Below, in pieces: positions 28,499 to 37,630 of a stretch of 64,000 bases of DNA (the stretch's first letter is position 1; every line of letters begins with the position of its first letter). The notes below the pieces were generated by a model. That model worked only from the letters and a program-made list of their open reading frames with translations. It was not told where the DNA came from and made no database searches. Both the position numbers and the translations under genes were made by a program. The stretch covers positions 8,654 to 72,653 of the forward strand of contig WREK01000001.1 in assembly GCA_009779355.1 (NCBI GenBank), read 5' to 3'. The stretch is from Betaproteobacteria bacterium. Lineage in GTDB: Bacteria > Pseudomonadota > Gammaproteobacteria > Burkholderiales > Rhodocyclaceae.

Positions 28499-29338
28499 AT
28501 GAACACGCACGAAATCAACCTGTCGGCCAATACAGACGACGCCCTGATCGCGTCGATGCTCGATAACATTGGCGACGACGAAACTCTCACGCTGTTTGAC
28601 GACGACGAAATCAACGCTAGTGGCGTGATCGGTCTGGATGACGACGCCGCTATTGAAGCGGCGGTCGCCGCCATCGAGAAAGCCGAAGCGATCCAGGAAC
28701 TCTACAGCGAGGAAGGCGATGCGGCTGCCAATGAACCTGCCTTCGAAGCTGACGTGCCGAAGCCCGCAAAGGCGGCGAAAGAGAAGAAGGCAAAAGCACC
28801 GAAGGAGCCGAAGCCCGCGAAGGAACCGAAAGCGCCCGCTGTGCGCTACAACGGTCGCCGGTCGAATACCTCCGACGTGCTGAAGGCACGACTCGGCGAA
28901 AAGGCGAACGAAATGCTGATCCTCGAAGTTGAAGATGCCAGCCTGTCGCCCGCCGATCTTGAAGCCAAGCAGAGCGAACTGCTGGCGCTGTTGAACACCA
29001 GACCGGGCAGCGATGGCGCCTCCAGCCAGCAGAAGGTAGCTGAGAAGGTGGTGATGTTGTTCAACTGGCTCAAGAATGGCGGCACTTTGAACCGGGTAAT
29101 GGACATCACATTCCGCCTCTTGATCAAGGACGGCGAGATTCAGTCTGGCGAGAAGGGCAATCTTTGGACGGCCCTTCTTGCGAAGCCCTACAGCAAGGGA
29201 ACAACCAGCGCACAAGGCGGGCAGATGATGAGCATGTTGCCCATGCTCAAGATCGCCACGAAGGGCGACAAGGGCAGGTTGATCGCCAACCCGAACAGCA
29301 TGGTGTTGATGGCAGTGAAGGCGCAACTGGGTCTGTAA
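28499..29338 (+). CDS. Hypothetical protein (acidic N-terminus, KAPKEPK linker, YxxGTxxxQ C-terminal domain)
   Basis: Strong codon usage; two upstream GCCTG-class promoters. Confidence 0.75.
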   Translation: MNTHEINLSANTDDALIASMLDNIGDDETLTLFDDDEINASGVIGLDDDAAIEAAVAAIEKAEAIQELYSEEGDAAANEPAFEADVPKPAKAAKEKKAKAPKEPKPAKEPKAPAVRYNGRRSNTSDVLKARLGEKANEMLILEVEDASLSPADLEAKQSELLALLNTRPGSDGASSQQKVAEKVVMLFNWLKNGGTLNRVMDITFRLLIKDGEIQSGEKGNLWTALLAKPYSKGTTSAQGGQMMSMLPMLKIATKGDKGRLIANPNSMVLMAVKAQLGL

Positions 29339-29435
29339 CCAGACAAGGCAGGGTGAAACCCTGTCCAAAACCGAACCGATTGTGACATCCAGTCGGTTCT
29401 ATTTTGGACACAACACAATACGATCAGGAGTAGAA

Positions 29436-29600
29436 ATGAACAAGAAACAAAAGGTTGCTTACCGCGTCTGGCCCGATGGCACTGTGCAGAGTGTCGATGA
29501 CGGGTCAGCGTTTGACTGGATGAGCGACGACTACGCAATTATCAACGCGAACAGCGAAGAAGAGGCGATTGAGCTTGCGAAATGGATGCAATCGCTATGA
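29436..29600 (+). CDS. Small hypothetical protein
   Basis: AGGAG RBS. Confidence 0.5.
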   Translation: MNKKQKVAYRVWPDGTVQSVDDGSAFDWMSDDYAIINANSEEEAIELAKWMQSL

Positions 29601-29944
29601 ATCTTGAAGCGCTGAACAAATTATCCACCGAAGGGCTGATAAAGTTGAAGGACGGTATCGACACCGTGCTAGCGAGCCGCCTCGATACCGCGCCCAAAGT
29701 CGGGCGCTTGGCCGACTTCGAGTGCAGTAAGAGTGGCGCGACCGTCACGGTTGTCATCAACAGGATCAATGGGAAGTCGGTCAGTTGCACCGAGACTGGC
29801 ACATCGGTCAAACCCGGTCGCAAGTGGCGTGTTGATCCTGGCTTTCTCAAGGTTCGCCCGGTGGAGAAGCGGGCGTCGGAACCGCCTCGTTTTGCGCCCG
29901 CACCAAAGCCTCACGTCCCGACAGGAGCGGGCGACTTCTGGTAG
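29597..29944 (+). CDS. Hypothetical protein
   Basis: ATGA overlap with the upstream ORF. Confidence 0.6.
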   Translation: MNLEALNKLSTEGLIKLKDGIDTVLASRLDTAPKVGRLADFECSKSGATVTVVINRINGKSVSCTETGTSVKPGRKWRVDPGFLKVRPVEKRASEPPRFAPAPKPHVPTGAGDFW

Positions 29945-29990
29945 AAGGATTTAGTCTTACCTCTCGTGGTTGGTGTCTTAGCGCACCTTT

Positions 29991-30020
29991 AAGGACGGGC
30001 TTCGGCTCGTCCTTCTTTTT
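29991..30020 (+). terminator. Intrinsic terminator
   Basis: AAGGACGGGC-TTCG-GCTCGTCCTT followed by a T-run. Confidence 0.8.
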
Positions 30021-30328
30021 GACCGTATTGGGCCAAGGCAGCGAGTGGTTTCGTGATCGGTTCCTGTGTTCGCCCGCACACCACTACCGAACGAACGTTA
30101 GGCACCGCAAAACAACTCGCACAATCGCGCTACAAGCGATTGGATTGCAGCGGTTGATACAGAGACACTACCGCTCGCTTCCTGCGCTCACAGCGCGATT
30201 GTGAAGGGTTCGCCAGTGTGTCTATCTGCGCCGGTGCTAAAGTAAGGATTGACTATAATTTCCGCGCAACTTCCTGCTTTCAGACGACAGAATTTGGTTG
30301 TCACACAAAAACGACGAAAGGTAATCAC

Positions 30329-30592
30329 ATGGCTTCAGGGGCTTCGCTCAAGAGGATCGTCAAAGCCGACGCTTCGCACTGCGCTGGCGTCTCGATCAAA
30401 GTTTGTCGGCGGCTGCCGACCGTCACCATCACGGACGATGCTGGCGAGCGCGAGGACATCTTCATGCAAGGCAACGACGCAGAAAGCTTCATCAGCGAGT
30501 TCGACAGGCTGGTCAACAGAGCGCCCGACATGTTGTTCGAGGATGCGCTCAAGCACCTGGCGAAACCATATGTCGAATGTATTTGGAGATAA
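30329..30592 (+). CDS. Hypothetical early protein
   Basis: GAAAGGT RBS; operator and TCCTG promoter upstream. Confidence 0.65.
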   Translation: MASGASLKRIVKADASHCAGVSIKVCRRLPTVTITDDAGEREDIFMQGNDAESFISEFDRLVNRAPDMLFEDALKHLAKPYVECIWR

Positions 30593-30596
30593 CACA

Positions 30597-30887
30597 ATGT
30601 GCCAAATAATTCTTTATAGCTACCACATCAACCTCAACGAGCGTGGCAGCTTCTATGCCGACGTGCGCGATGCCGCCGATCAAACCGTGTTCGAGATTCG
30701 CGCCGGAAATGAACTTGGCGACGATGAGAGGGACATTTTTGAGCTTGGTTTCATGCGCAACGCCTACGACATGTCCGGTCTGACAACGTATCTGCACAAT
30801 CTTGGCGTAATTCCAAAAGATGGGATGGTGGTGCTGGAATGCGAGCTTGACCTTTGGAACGACTACATCAGAAGGAACGAGCAATGA
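30597..30887 (+). CDS. Hypothetical protein
   Basis: GGAG RBS. Confidence 0.6.
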   Translation: MCQIILYSYHINLNERGSFYADVRDAADQTVFEIRAGNELGDDERDIFELGFMRNAYDMSGLTTYLHNLGVIPKDGMVVLECELDLWNDYIRRNEQ

Positions 30888-31186
30888 GAATGACCTACTA
30901 CATGCCCTACACCGGCCTGGAAAACATTTCCGACGAAGAATTGGAAGTTCAAATCGAACAATCGCAGCCAGACAACCTGTTGGCTCGTGAACTACTGCGT
31001 CGTTTCTTGGCTCGATACGCCGAGAACGAGTTCGACGAACTGACAGAACGCGCCGAAAACGCTGAAGAGCTTGTCGCTGACAAGGAAGAGGACATCAAAG
31101 AGCTTGAGGAGGAAATTAAAACCCTCAAGGCAAAGATCAAAGCCATCGAGAAAGACTGCAAAAGCAGCGCAAGCGCCTGTTTTTGA
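30884..31186 (+). CDS. Coiled-coil hypothetical protein
   Basis: ATGA overlap. Confidence 0.6.
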   Translation: MRMTYYMPYTGLENISDEELEVQIEQSQPDNLLARELLRRFLARYAENEFDELTERAENAEELVADKEEDIKELEEEIKTLKAKIKAIEKDCKSSASACF

Positions 31187-31231
31187 CGGTTACGATAACC
31201 ATATCGACAACAACCGCGAAAGATAAAGCAA

Positions 31232-31462
31232 ATGACGCTTACCTATATCGAGACTCCGGCGCCTGACTACTTCCATTTCGAGCGAGAATTGGATGCAATC
31301 GTTGAGCTTGCTACCTCACCGGATTTTGCGTGGTGCACCAGCCTGCAAGAGCTTCGCGTGAAGATCGACAAAGCTTTGAGCGACCGCGCCATAACCCAAC
31401 GCGAATGGAACAGCTTGGTCAGGCGTAGTGCCAATATTCAGGACATGCTCAATGGCGACTAG
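31232..31462 (+). CDS. Hypothetical protein
   Basis: Follows a GCCTG-class promoter. Confidence 0.55.
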   Translation: MTLTYIETPAPDYFHFERELDAIVELATSPDFAWCTSLQELRVKIDKALSDRAITQREWNSLVRRSANIQDMLNGD

Positions 31463-31673
31463 CATCAACATCCCGGAATTGTCACATCACTGCAACAGTT
31501 GGGTGGCGATCAGCAGAGCGACCAATGAAGTCATTGGCGAGTTTTACTGCGAGAAAACCTTGAAGATGTTCGACCCGACCAAGATCGAGATCAAGACAAC
31601 CGCCAGTTATCTCGCCGATCTCAACGAGCGAAGGAAACGGTCAAATGACCAAACACAAAACCTTCACATGTAA
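31452..31673 (+). CDS. Hypothetical protein
   Basis: Overlapping ORF. Confidence 0.45.
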   Translation: MATSINIPELSHHCNSWVAISRATNEVIGEFYCEKTLKMFDPTKIEIKTTASYLADLNERRKRSNDQTQNLHM

Positions 31674-31845
31674 GCGCCTTCACCTGCCTACCGGGCGTGT
31701 AACCAAAGTCACATTCAACGCAAGCCACAGTGTCTGTTTTCTCACGCCAAACCACTTTGCTCCCAACCGCATAAAGAAAGTCATCGCCAATCTGATCGAC
31801 GAGTGGAACCGCGATCAACCAAAAACTTGGAGATATTATCTGTGA
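31645..31845 (+). CDS. Hypothetical protein
   Basis: AAGGA RBS. Confidence 0.5.
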   Translation: MTKHKTFTCKRLHLPTGRVTKVTFNASHSVCFLTPNHFAPNRIKKVIANLIDEWNRDQPKTWRYYL

Positions 31846-32105
31846 GCAAGCTATCCCGCGAACAGCACGCCAGAATTTTCAACGCCTTCTTGAACGGCCT
31901 GACATTGAAAGACCTTGAAACGATCTTTCAGGCGCAACGCGACGCATGGAAAGCCACAATGACCCTCGGCAACAGCGCGCAAATTGAGGCCCAAAAACAC
32001 GCAAACGAAATAACCGAACAGGCAATGGATCGCTTTCTCGACTACGAGCTGCGCGACATCGAGGAAATCATCAAAAACGTCCTGCAAGAAGCAGCACACG
32101 CCTGA
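31842..32105 (+). CDS. Hypothetical protein
   Basis: GTGA overlap; GGAG RBS. Confidence 0.55.
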   Translation: MSKLSREQHARIFNAFLNGLTLKDLETIFQAQRDAWKATMTLGNSAQIEAQKHANEITEQAMDRFLDYELRDIEEIIKNVLQEAAHA

Positions 32106-32151
32106 GTCTGGTTGAAACAATAACCATAACAATAACCGCGAGGCGCATATC

Positions 32152-32397
32152 ATGAAGTTTGAAATCAAGTCCAAAACCGTGAATCGCAGCATCGCCTTCT
32201 ACATACCCGAAGGCGGCGAGATTCATGTGAAGGTAGTTGGCGACATGATGGGTAACAGGATTTGCGACGGTGGCCGCTTTCATGGCGACAAGATCAAATA
32301 CACCGGCGGCGATCATGAAGAGTTCGCCAAAATCTGTCGACGCTGGTATCGCGCTCGCATCAACTGGATGCGCACTTGGCGGGCTGCTTTCTGCTGA
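32152..32397 (+). CDS. Hypothetical protein
   Basis: GCCTG-class promoter; GAGG RBS. Confidence 0.6.
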   Translation: MKFEIKSKTVNRSIAFYIPEGGEIHVKVVGDMMGNRICDGGRFHGDKIKYTGGDHEEFAKICRRWYRARINWMRTWRAAFC

Positions 32398-32458
32398 ACA
32401 CACGCCTAGAACCAGCAGTCACAATAACGACATCGACAAACACGAAAGGGAGCAATCA

Positions 32459-32785
32459 ATGAACGCCGAACAACGCCAAGCAATCGAACGCAAAATCGTT
32501 CGCCGCCTGATTCGCGCCATGAAGCAAAAAGGATGGAATGCTCTTTATGTCTTTGATGGTGAGGAGCGCGCCCCGTGCAAAACCGAGCGTGAGGTGACGG
32601 ACACTGCTTTCAGTGTGGATACGTCCATTATTTGCTTTCAAAAGCTTCGCCGCGTCCAAATTGTTCTCGGCAATAACGGCTACAACGTCATTGCAGATCG
32701 CTCGCTATCCAACCCAGACATCCCAGAGGACGATTTCGAGAGAATCATGGACGAAGTGCAAGAATACGCCGATCAATTCGCGTAA
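32459..32785 (+). CDS. Hypothetical protein
   Basis: GCCTA-class promoter; GAAAGGGAG RBS; terminator at about 32807-32833. Confidence 0.65.
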   Translation: MNAEQRQAIERKIVRRLIRAMKQKGWNALYVFDGEERAPCKTEREVTDTAFSVDTSIICFQKLRRVQIVLGNNGYNVIADRSLSNPDIPEDDFERIMDEVQEYADQFA

Positions 32786-33682
32786 ATTCAAGTCAAAATT
32801 TCCCACAAAGGCGCTTTACAAAGGCGCCTTTTTCATGTTCAGGCCAACGCCACGGCAATGACCAATATAAGCATTTGATTATAAAGAATAATATACAATT
32901 ATCATAATCTTTCAGCGACCAACAAAAGTCAGCCGAATGTGTAAATCCACTTTACAAGAGATCAACAAGAGATCAACAGCTTTAACGACAGCATCAGACT
33001 ATCAGAAACACGTTGTAGCGCGCTCCAAACACATCGGGAATACCGCGATAGCACCGAACCACTTCCAATCGAATACAGGGCGATTCTGTGAGTTGTCCAA
33101 GTAGCGAGAACAAAACCGATGACAGCTACAAGAACAAGCAACCCGTCACGGACGTAGGCTACATGCGGGAGAGTAGATGATGACCAGGCACAAAAGAACA
33201 AAGGAACCGGCGTGTGCTTGAACGGACAGAGGCGGTAGGAGATGGAAGAGAGTGAGAGCGAAACAGAGGTAGAGGCGTAGAGAGCAGAGAGGAGAACGAA
33301 AGGGGAGTAGTAAAAACAGTAAGAGGACAGAGAGACAAAGAGAAGGAGGAAGGAGAGGAACAGTAAGGGGAGGTGCGGGGCGGCGGTAATATCTTCCTCC
33401 TCCCAATCCACTTCCTCCCTTCCCCTTATAACCATAACTTATATGCCTATAACTTTTAGTTATGCCTGTCATCCCCTCCATCCATTCCGCCGCCGGTCCT
33501 TCCCTCCTCGGCACACAGGCATCACCCAGTTCCCTCACCCTCGGCATTCCGAGTCTTTCATCCGCAGGTGGGTTGTTCTTTCCAAGGCAGTCTTTCCGAC
33601 GCCGGTATTGTTCTGCATTTGCGTCACACGCCTGTCTCTGCGTCTTATCATAGTCATCATCACGATAACGAGAGGACACATC

Positions 33683-33886
33683 ATGACGCCCGAAGTCAAA
33701 GTTGCGCTGGATCACGTTCGCTCCCTCTTCCCTGACGTGGTGTGCGTGACCTACGACGAGGAGTGGCGCTGGCATTACGAAACCGGGAGCGGCTTCCTGC
33801 CCTCGTTTGACGAGCGGATCGACATTGCTCTCCTTGAGGATGCGGCTGACTCGCTCGACGTGGTGCCAGCGACGCTCTACGCCTGA
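33683..33886 (+). CDS. Small hypothetical protein
   Basis: GCCTG-N11-TATCAT promoter; GAGAGGA RBS. Confidence 0.55.
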   Translation: MTPEVKVALDHVRSLFPDVVCVTYDEEWRWHYETGSGFLPSFDERIDIALLEDAADSLDVVPATLYA

Positions 33887-33942
33887 TTGTCGGCATTGGT
33901 TGGATCTTGCAGAAGAAGGCGCAAAAAATTTTGGTTTGCCTG

Positions 33943-34048
33943 TTGACAGCTCTAGTAAGCACTGACTAGAATTGTCGCAGATGGGTTTTCTCCTCTCATG
34001 CCGACCACAGATGACCGTGGCGACCACTCAGAGGAATTGCCTCTTTTT
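33943..34048 (+). ncRNA. Candidate small RNA (sigma70 promoter with operator in the spacer, anti-SD motif, terminator)
   Basis: TTGACA-18-TAGAAT; GGTTTTCTCCTCT at 33984-33996; AGAGG/CCTCT hairpin followed by T-run. Confidence 0.4.
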
Positions 34049-34901
34049 GTTCTAGGGACTTCTTTTTCTCGCGGTTGTTTTGACTTATACGAAGGTCTGC
34101 CTTGAGAAGGCAGACTTCGGTAAGGAGAACCGGGAAAACGATGTCTCCAGTTCTTCTCTACCTTCTCTTGTCCTCAAATGGGGAAAGGGGGGGTAGGGGG
34201 GGATTGGGGACTTCGTTTTTCTCCCGAAGTTTTCCTTACCGAATGGGTTGCACACCTTTAAGAAACTTCGTTTCTTAAAACAAAATCTTTCCCCTCATTG
34301 CGTCCAGAGTAAACGTAATGAAGTTTTCGAGGAGATGGCAGCCAGCAGGCAACCTTCAATTTTTGCCTTCTTTCAGGCGAACAACAAATCCCCAATGTTT
34401 TTATGTAAAACTTCCTTGGCAGAAAAATCGCCGCGCCGAGGATGTTCCCAAGGCAATCCAAGGTTGTCTCGGTTTCTTGGGTTTCCTTGGCCGACGATGA
34501 GATTGTCCGCAACAAAACACGTCGGTGCCTTGGTCGGGCTGCAATAATCTGTCTTGTCGCAACAGCAAACCACGAAAGGGAATAAAAATGCATGAATCCG
34601 CTTCTTACACGCTCGCGCTGAAATCTGTCGCAAGCCCTTCCTTTCGCGTTCAGTCATCGCCAAGGCACCGGGATTGAGAGCTTCATGGTCATCAGGCAAC
34701 AGGCGGTCGCAGCGGGTCAGACAATCCAAGGCATCGGTCTACGGTCATCAGGCGATAGGTGTTCCGTGGATTTCCTTGGCGGTAGAAATAAAAAAGGCAA
34801 CCCGACAAGGTTTCCTGTGAAAACACATCGGTGCCTGTAATCGGGCGTCAGAATAACAACTGTCGCAACAAACAACAACCAACCACGTAAAGGTAACAAA
34901 A

Positions 34902-35321
34902 ATGGGCCAACTGACCTACAACGAAATCATCCAGAACCACAAGACCATGACCGCCAGCGAACTGCACGCTGCGATGAAAGGGTATCTCGTCAATCATCCC
35001 ATGCTCAATCACGATTTCGTAGAAGGTGATGATCCTCAGAACGTGAACTACATGTTCGCGGTTTGGGCCATTGAAGCCGATGCGCGTATCGAGTCCAAGC
35101 AAGACATGCTTGATCTGCTGTCGGTTCTCGAAAAGCAATGTCCGGTCATCGCCATCGACGAAGGGTTCTACGGTGGTTGTCGTGCGAATAGTAATCAAGA
35201 GTTGATCGTTCAAAAGATCAAATTCGATATTGCTAATGAGTTCTATCACGCAGACGATTATCCCGCCTATCAAGCTGCGGTAGAACTGGGCTGGTTGCAA
35301 CCCGAAGCCGAAACCGTCTGA
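34902..35321 (+). CDS. Hypothetical early protein
   Basis: GCCTG-class promoter; AAAGGT RBS; terminator 35341-35371. Confidence 0.7.
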   Translation: MGQLTYNEIIQNHKTMTASELHAAMKGYLVNHPMLNHDFVEGDDPQNVNYMFAVWAIEADARIESKQDMLDLLSVLEKQCPVIAIDEGFYGGCRANSNQELIVQKIKFDIANEFYHADDYPAYQAAVELGWLQPEAETV

Positions 35322-35611
35322 CGGTATCCAGCAGCAACCAGAAGGGCGCCAATCGCGGGCGCCCTTCTCTTGTCACCAGAACATGCCTTGGCGGGCGTAG
35401 AACGCGCTACAGGGCGCTCCAAGGCGCACGGTTCATCGCGGTCAGGCGCTGTCAGGCATTCCGAGGCTCTTCAGGAGTCAGGCAATCCAAGGCAGCAGTT
35501 CCCGGTTCTCAGGCGTCAGGCAATCTCACAGGAAACATACCAGCGCATCGTCGGTGCCTGTGACCGACACTCAAACTGATTCGACCCAAACCAGAACAAA
35601 AGGTCGAGTTA

Positions 35612-35806
35612 ATGAACTATCAATTTACCGCGCTTTGCATTTACACAATTGGCGCCCTGCTTGTCGTCCTGAGCATTATTGAGAATGCGCCTGCGTCGGG
35701 CGCTGCTGCATTCATCCTTTGTGCAATCATCGCAATCAACATTTCTGCACGCGCCTGCAAACATACGGGAAATAACTCGCAGCGTCTCTACAAAGGCAAC
35801 CTCTGA
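35612..35806 (+). CDS. Small two-TM membrane protein
   Basis: Two hydrophobic segments; GCCTG-class promoter. Confidence 0.5.
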   Translation: MNYQFTALCIYTIGALLVVLSIIENAPASGAAAFILCAIIAINISARACKHTGNNSQRLYKGNL

Positions 35807-35903
35807 ACGTTTCCTGACCGATGCTGCGAATCGCCTTTGATCGTCGGTCAAACTGAAATTGTCGCAGTTGCGACGATAACCAATCACTTTGAAAGGTAAG
35901 ACC

Positions 35904-36122
35904 ATGAACCGCCCGAATGCCCGCGTTTGTGAAGCAAAGATTCCCGCAGCCATCGAGCCGTATCGTTTCAACCAAGTAAAATCGAATGTCAAGCAATACC
36001 GGGAACAAGAGGACATTACCGCTTGGTTGAAAGACCAAGATGACGCAGAGATTGATTTTCTGACCTGTGAGCTTTCAAACAAGGGTAATCGTGAATATCG
36101 ACGATCCTTGAATTACCGCTGA
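35904..36122 (+). CDS. Hypothetical protein
   Basis: GAAAGGT RBS; GCCTT-class promoter. Confidence 0.55.
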   Translation: MNRPNARVCEAKIPAAIEPYRFNQVKSNVKQYREQEDITAWLKDQDDAEIDFLTCELSNKGNREYRRSLNYR

Positions 36123-36408
36123 TCGCAAGCGGTCGATAAAGGCAGGTCAAGCGAGAGCACGCGACCTGCCTGTTCATGCGCGTGATGTTCCTTGGCGACC
36201 GGGAGATTGGAGCGCCAAGGAGCGCGAACTGGAGTCTCCAAGCGACCACGATTTTCCCGCAACCCCTGCGAGCGCCAAGGCAACCACGCTTTTCCTGCTA
36301 GTTAGCAGCGCCGTGGCGACCCTGTTTTTGGACAATCTTTCAGGATCGCCTTGGCGGTGGGGTTTTAGGCGGGCAGGCGAACTTGCGCGAATGTCGGGCG
36401 ATTGGACG

Positions 36409-36663
36409 CTACTGCTTTTCAACAATCTTCAATATTGCTAATTGATCTTCACGCGAAAGACTGCGAAATTTTGAAATTAAATTTTCTCTTTCTTTTTTTT
36501 CTTTAATGAAAAGCCCTTGCGCTTCGATTTTCGCAATGTCGCTATGCAATATCAATACTTCCAAAAACTCACCTTGTGTAATAGCAAGCCGCTCTGATTC
36601 CACTTTTAGACGCTCTTTTGCTGCGTCGCTGTTCATCGCAATGACATGACGTTGTTGTTTCAT
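36409..36663 (-). CDS. Small DNA-binding-like (RHH-like) protein
   Basis: AT-rich ORF, AAGGT RBS, beta-alpha-alpha-like N-terminus. Confidence 0.5.
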   Translation of the reverse strand: MKQQRHVIAMNSDAAKERLKVESERLAITQGEFLEVLILHSDIAKIEAQGLFIKEKKERENLISKFRSLSREDQLAILKIVEKQ

Positions 36664-36829
36664 AATAACACCTTAGTAATTTTAACTCTTAAATTATAGT
36701 CCGGTTTTGTGTAGATTGTTTCTTGTTACACGCTGTTACAAATAAACCCTTGCTAATCTACCCGCAATGCGTAGAATGTTCATTAGTAGATCAATTGTTG
36801 ATCTACACTAACCACAAAGGGTTACTATC

Positions 36830-37501
36830 ATGACCACGAATGCAAAAACCACGAACAAGACAACCCGCCCGCAATCAAACAAGGGCAAGACTGCTACCGC
36901 TACTGTGAAAGCGGTAGAAAAGAAAGATGCGCCCGCCCTTGACGGTTTCAAGAGTGTTTGCGACGCTCTTAAGTTACGCATTCAAAGCGCGCTTACTGAT
37001 AGCAAGCGTAAAGAAGCGCGCTTTTCACTGCAACGTCTTAACGAGAAGAATATTGTCGTATTTTTTGAAATGGGCGCGATTGCTCCCGATAATTATGCAA
37101 AAACGGTTTCTGTCAAAGAAGGGCAAACAGGGCATGTTTGCGGTAAAACACTCATGAAAATGAGCGACCTAACAAATGTGATCCCGACCAATGACAAGCG
37201 TATGGGCGAAGCATTTCTAACATACCTAATTGAAGGTATGTTAGAGAATGGGAACCAGTTGAGTGTAAAAGAAATGGTTTTTACGCTTGCGAAAGGTGTA
37301 GAGAATGACGATTGTCGGGAAGCTGTTAAGAAAAAAGCTAGCTACACCGTCGGGACAGCGGTTTCACAGTCTAGCAAAGTAAGATTCGCTCTTGCTGCGC
37401 TAAACCTTGCAACTATCATACCGGGCAAGAAAAACGACATTTGCATGCTGACTGAAAAGGGCATTGCTTTGCTAACGCCCGCGTATGGGAAACCGAAGTA
37501 A
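36830..37501 (+). CDS. Hypothetical protein (YxxGTxxSQ family, possible winged helix)
   Basis: AT-rich ORF with its own sigma70-like promoter; C-terminus similar to 28499..29338. Confidence 0.7.
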   Translation: MTTNAKTTNKTTRPQSNKGKTATATVKAVEKKDAPALDGFKSVCDALKLRIQSALTDSKRKEARFSLQRLNEKNIVVFFEMGAIAPDNYAKTVSVKEGQTGHVCGKTLMKMSDLTNVIPTNDKRMGEAFLTYLIEGMLENGNQLSVKEMVFTLAKGVENDDCREAVKKKASYTVGTAVSQSSKVRFALAALNLATIIPGKKNDICMLTEKGIALLTPAYGKPK

Positions 37502-37630
37502 CCCGATGACATAAGGGCGTATTAGCTAGATTGCATATGTTGTCTAGCTAATACGCATATAAGCGAAGTCTTATAAACTTCGCTTTACCTTGGTGGCCCT
37601 CCCTTCCTCCTTCCGACCATCCGCACTCCA

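Noticed and set aside
32962-34027. Minus-strand ORFs 32962..33435 and 33146..34027
   Set aside because: By-products of low-complexity purine/pyrimidine tracts; they overlap a better-supported plus-strand cassette
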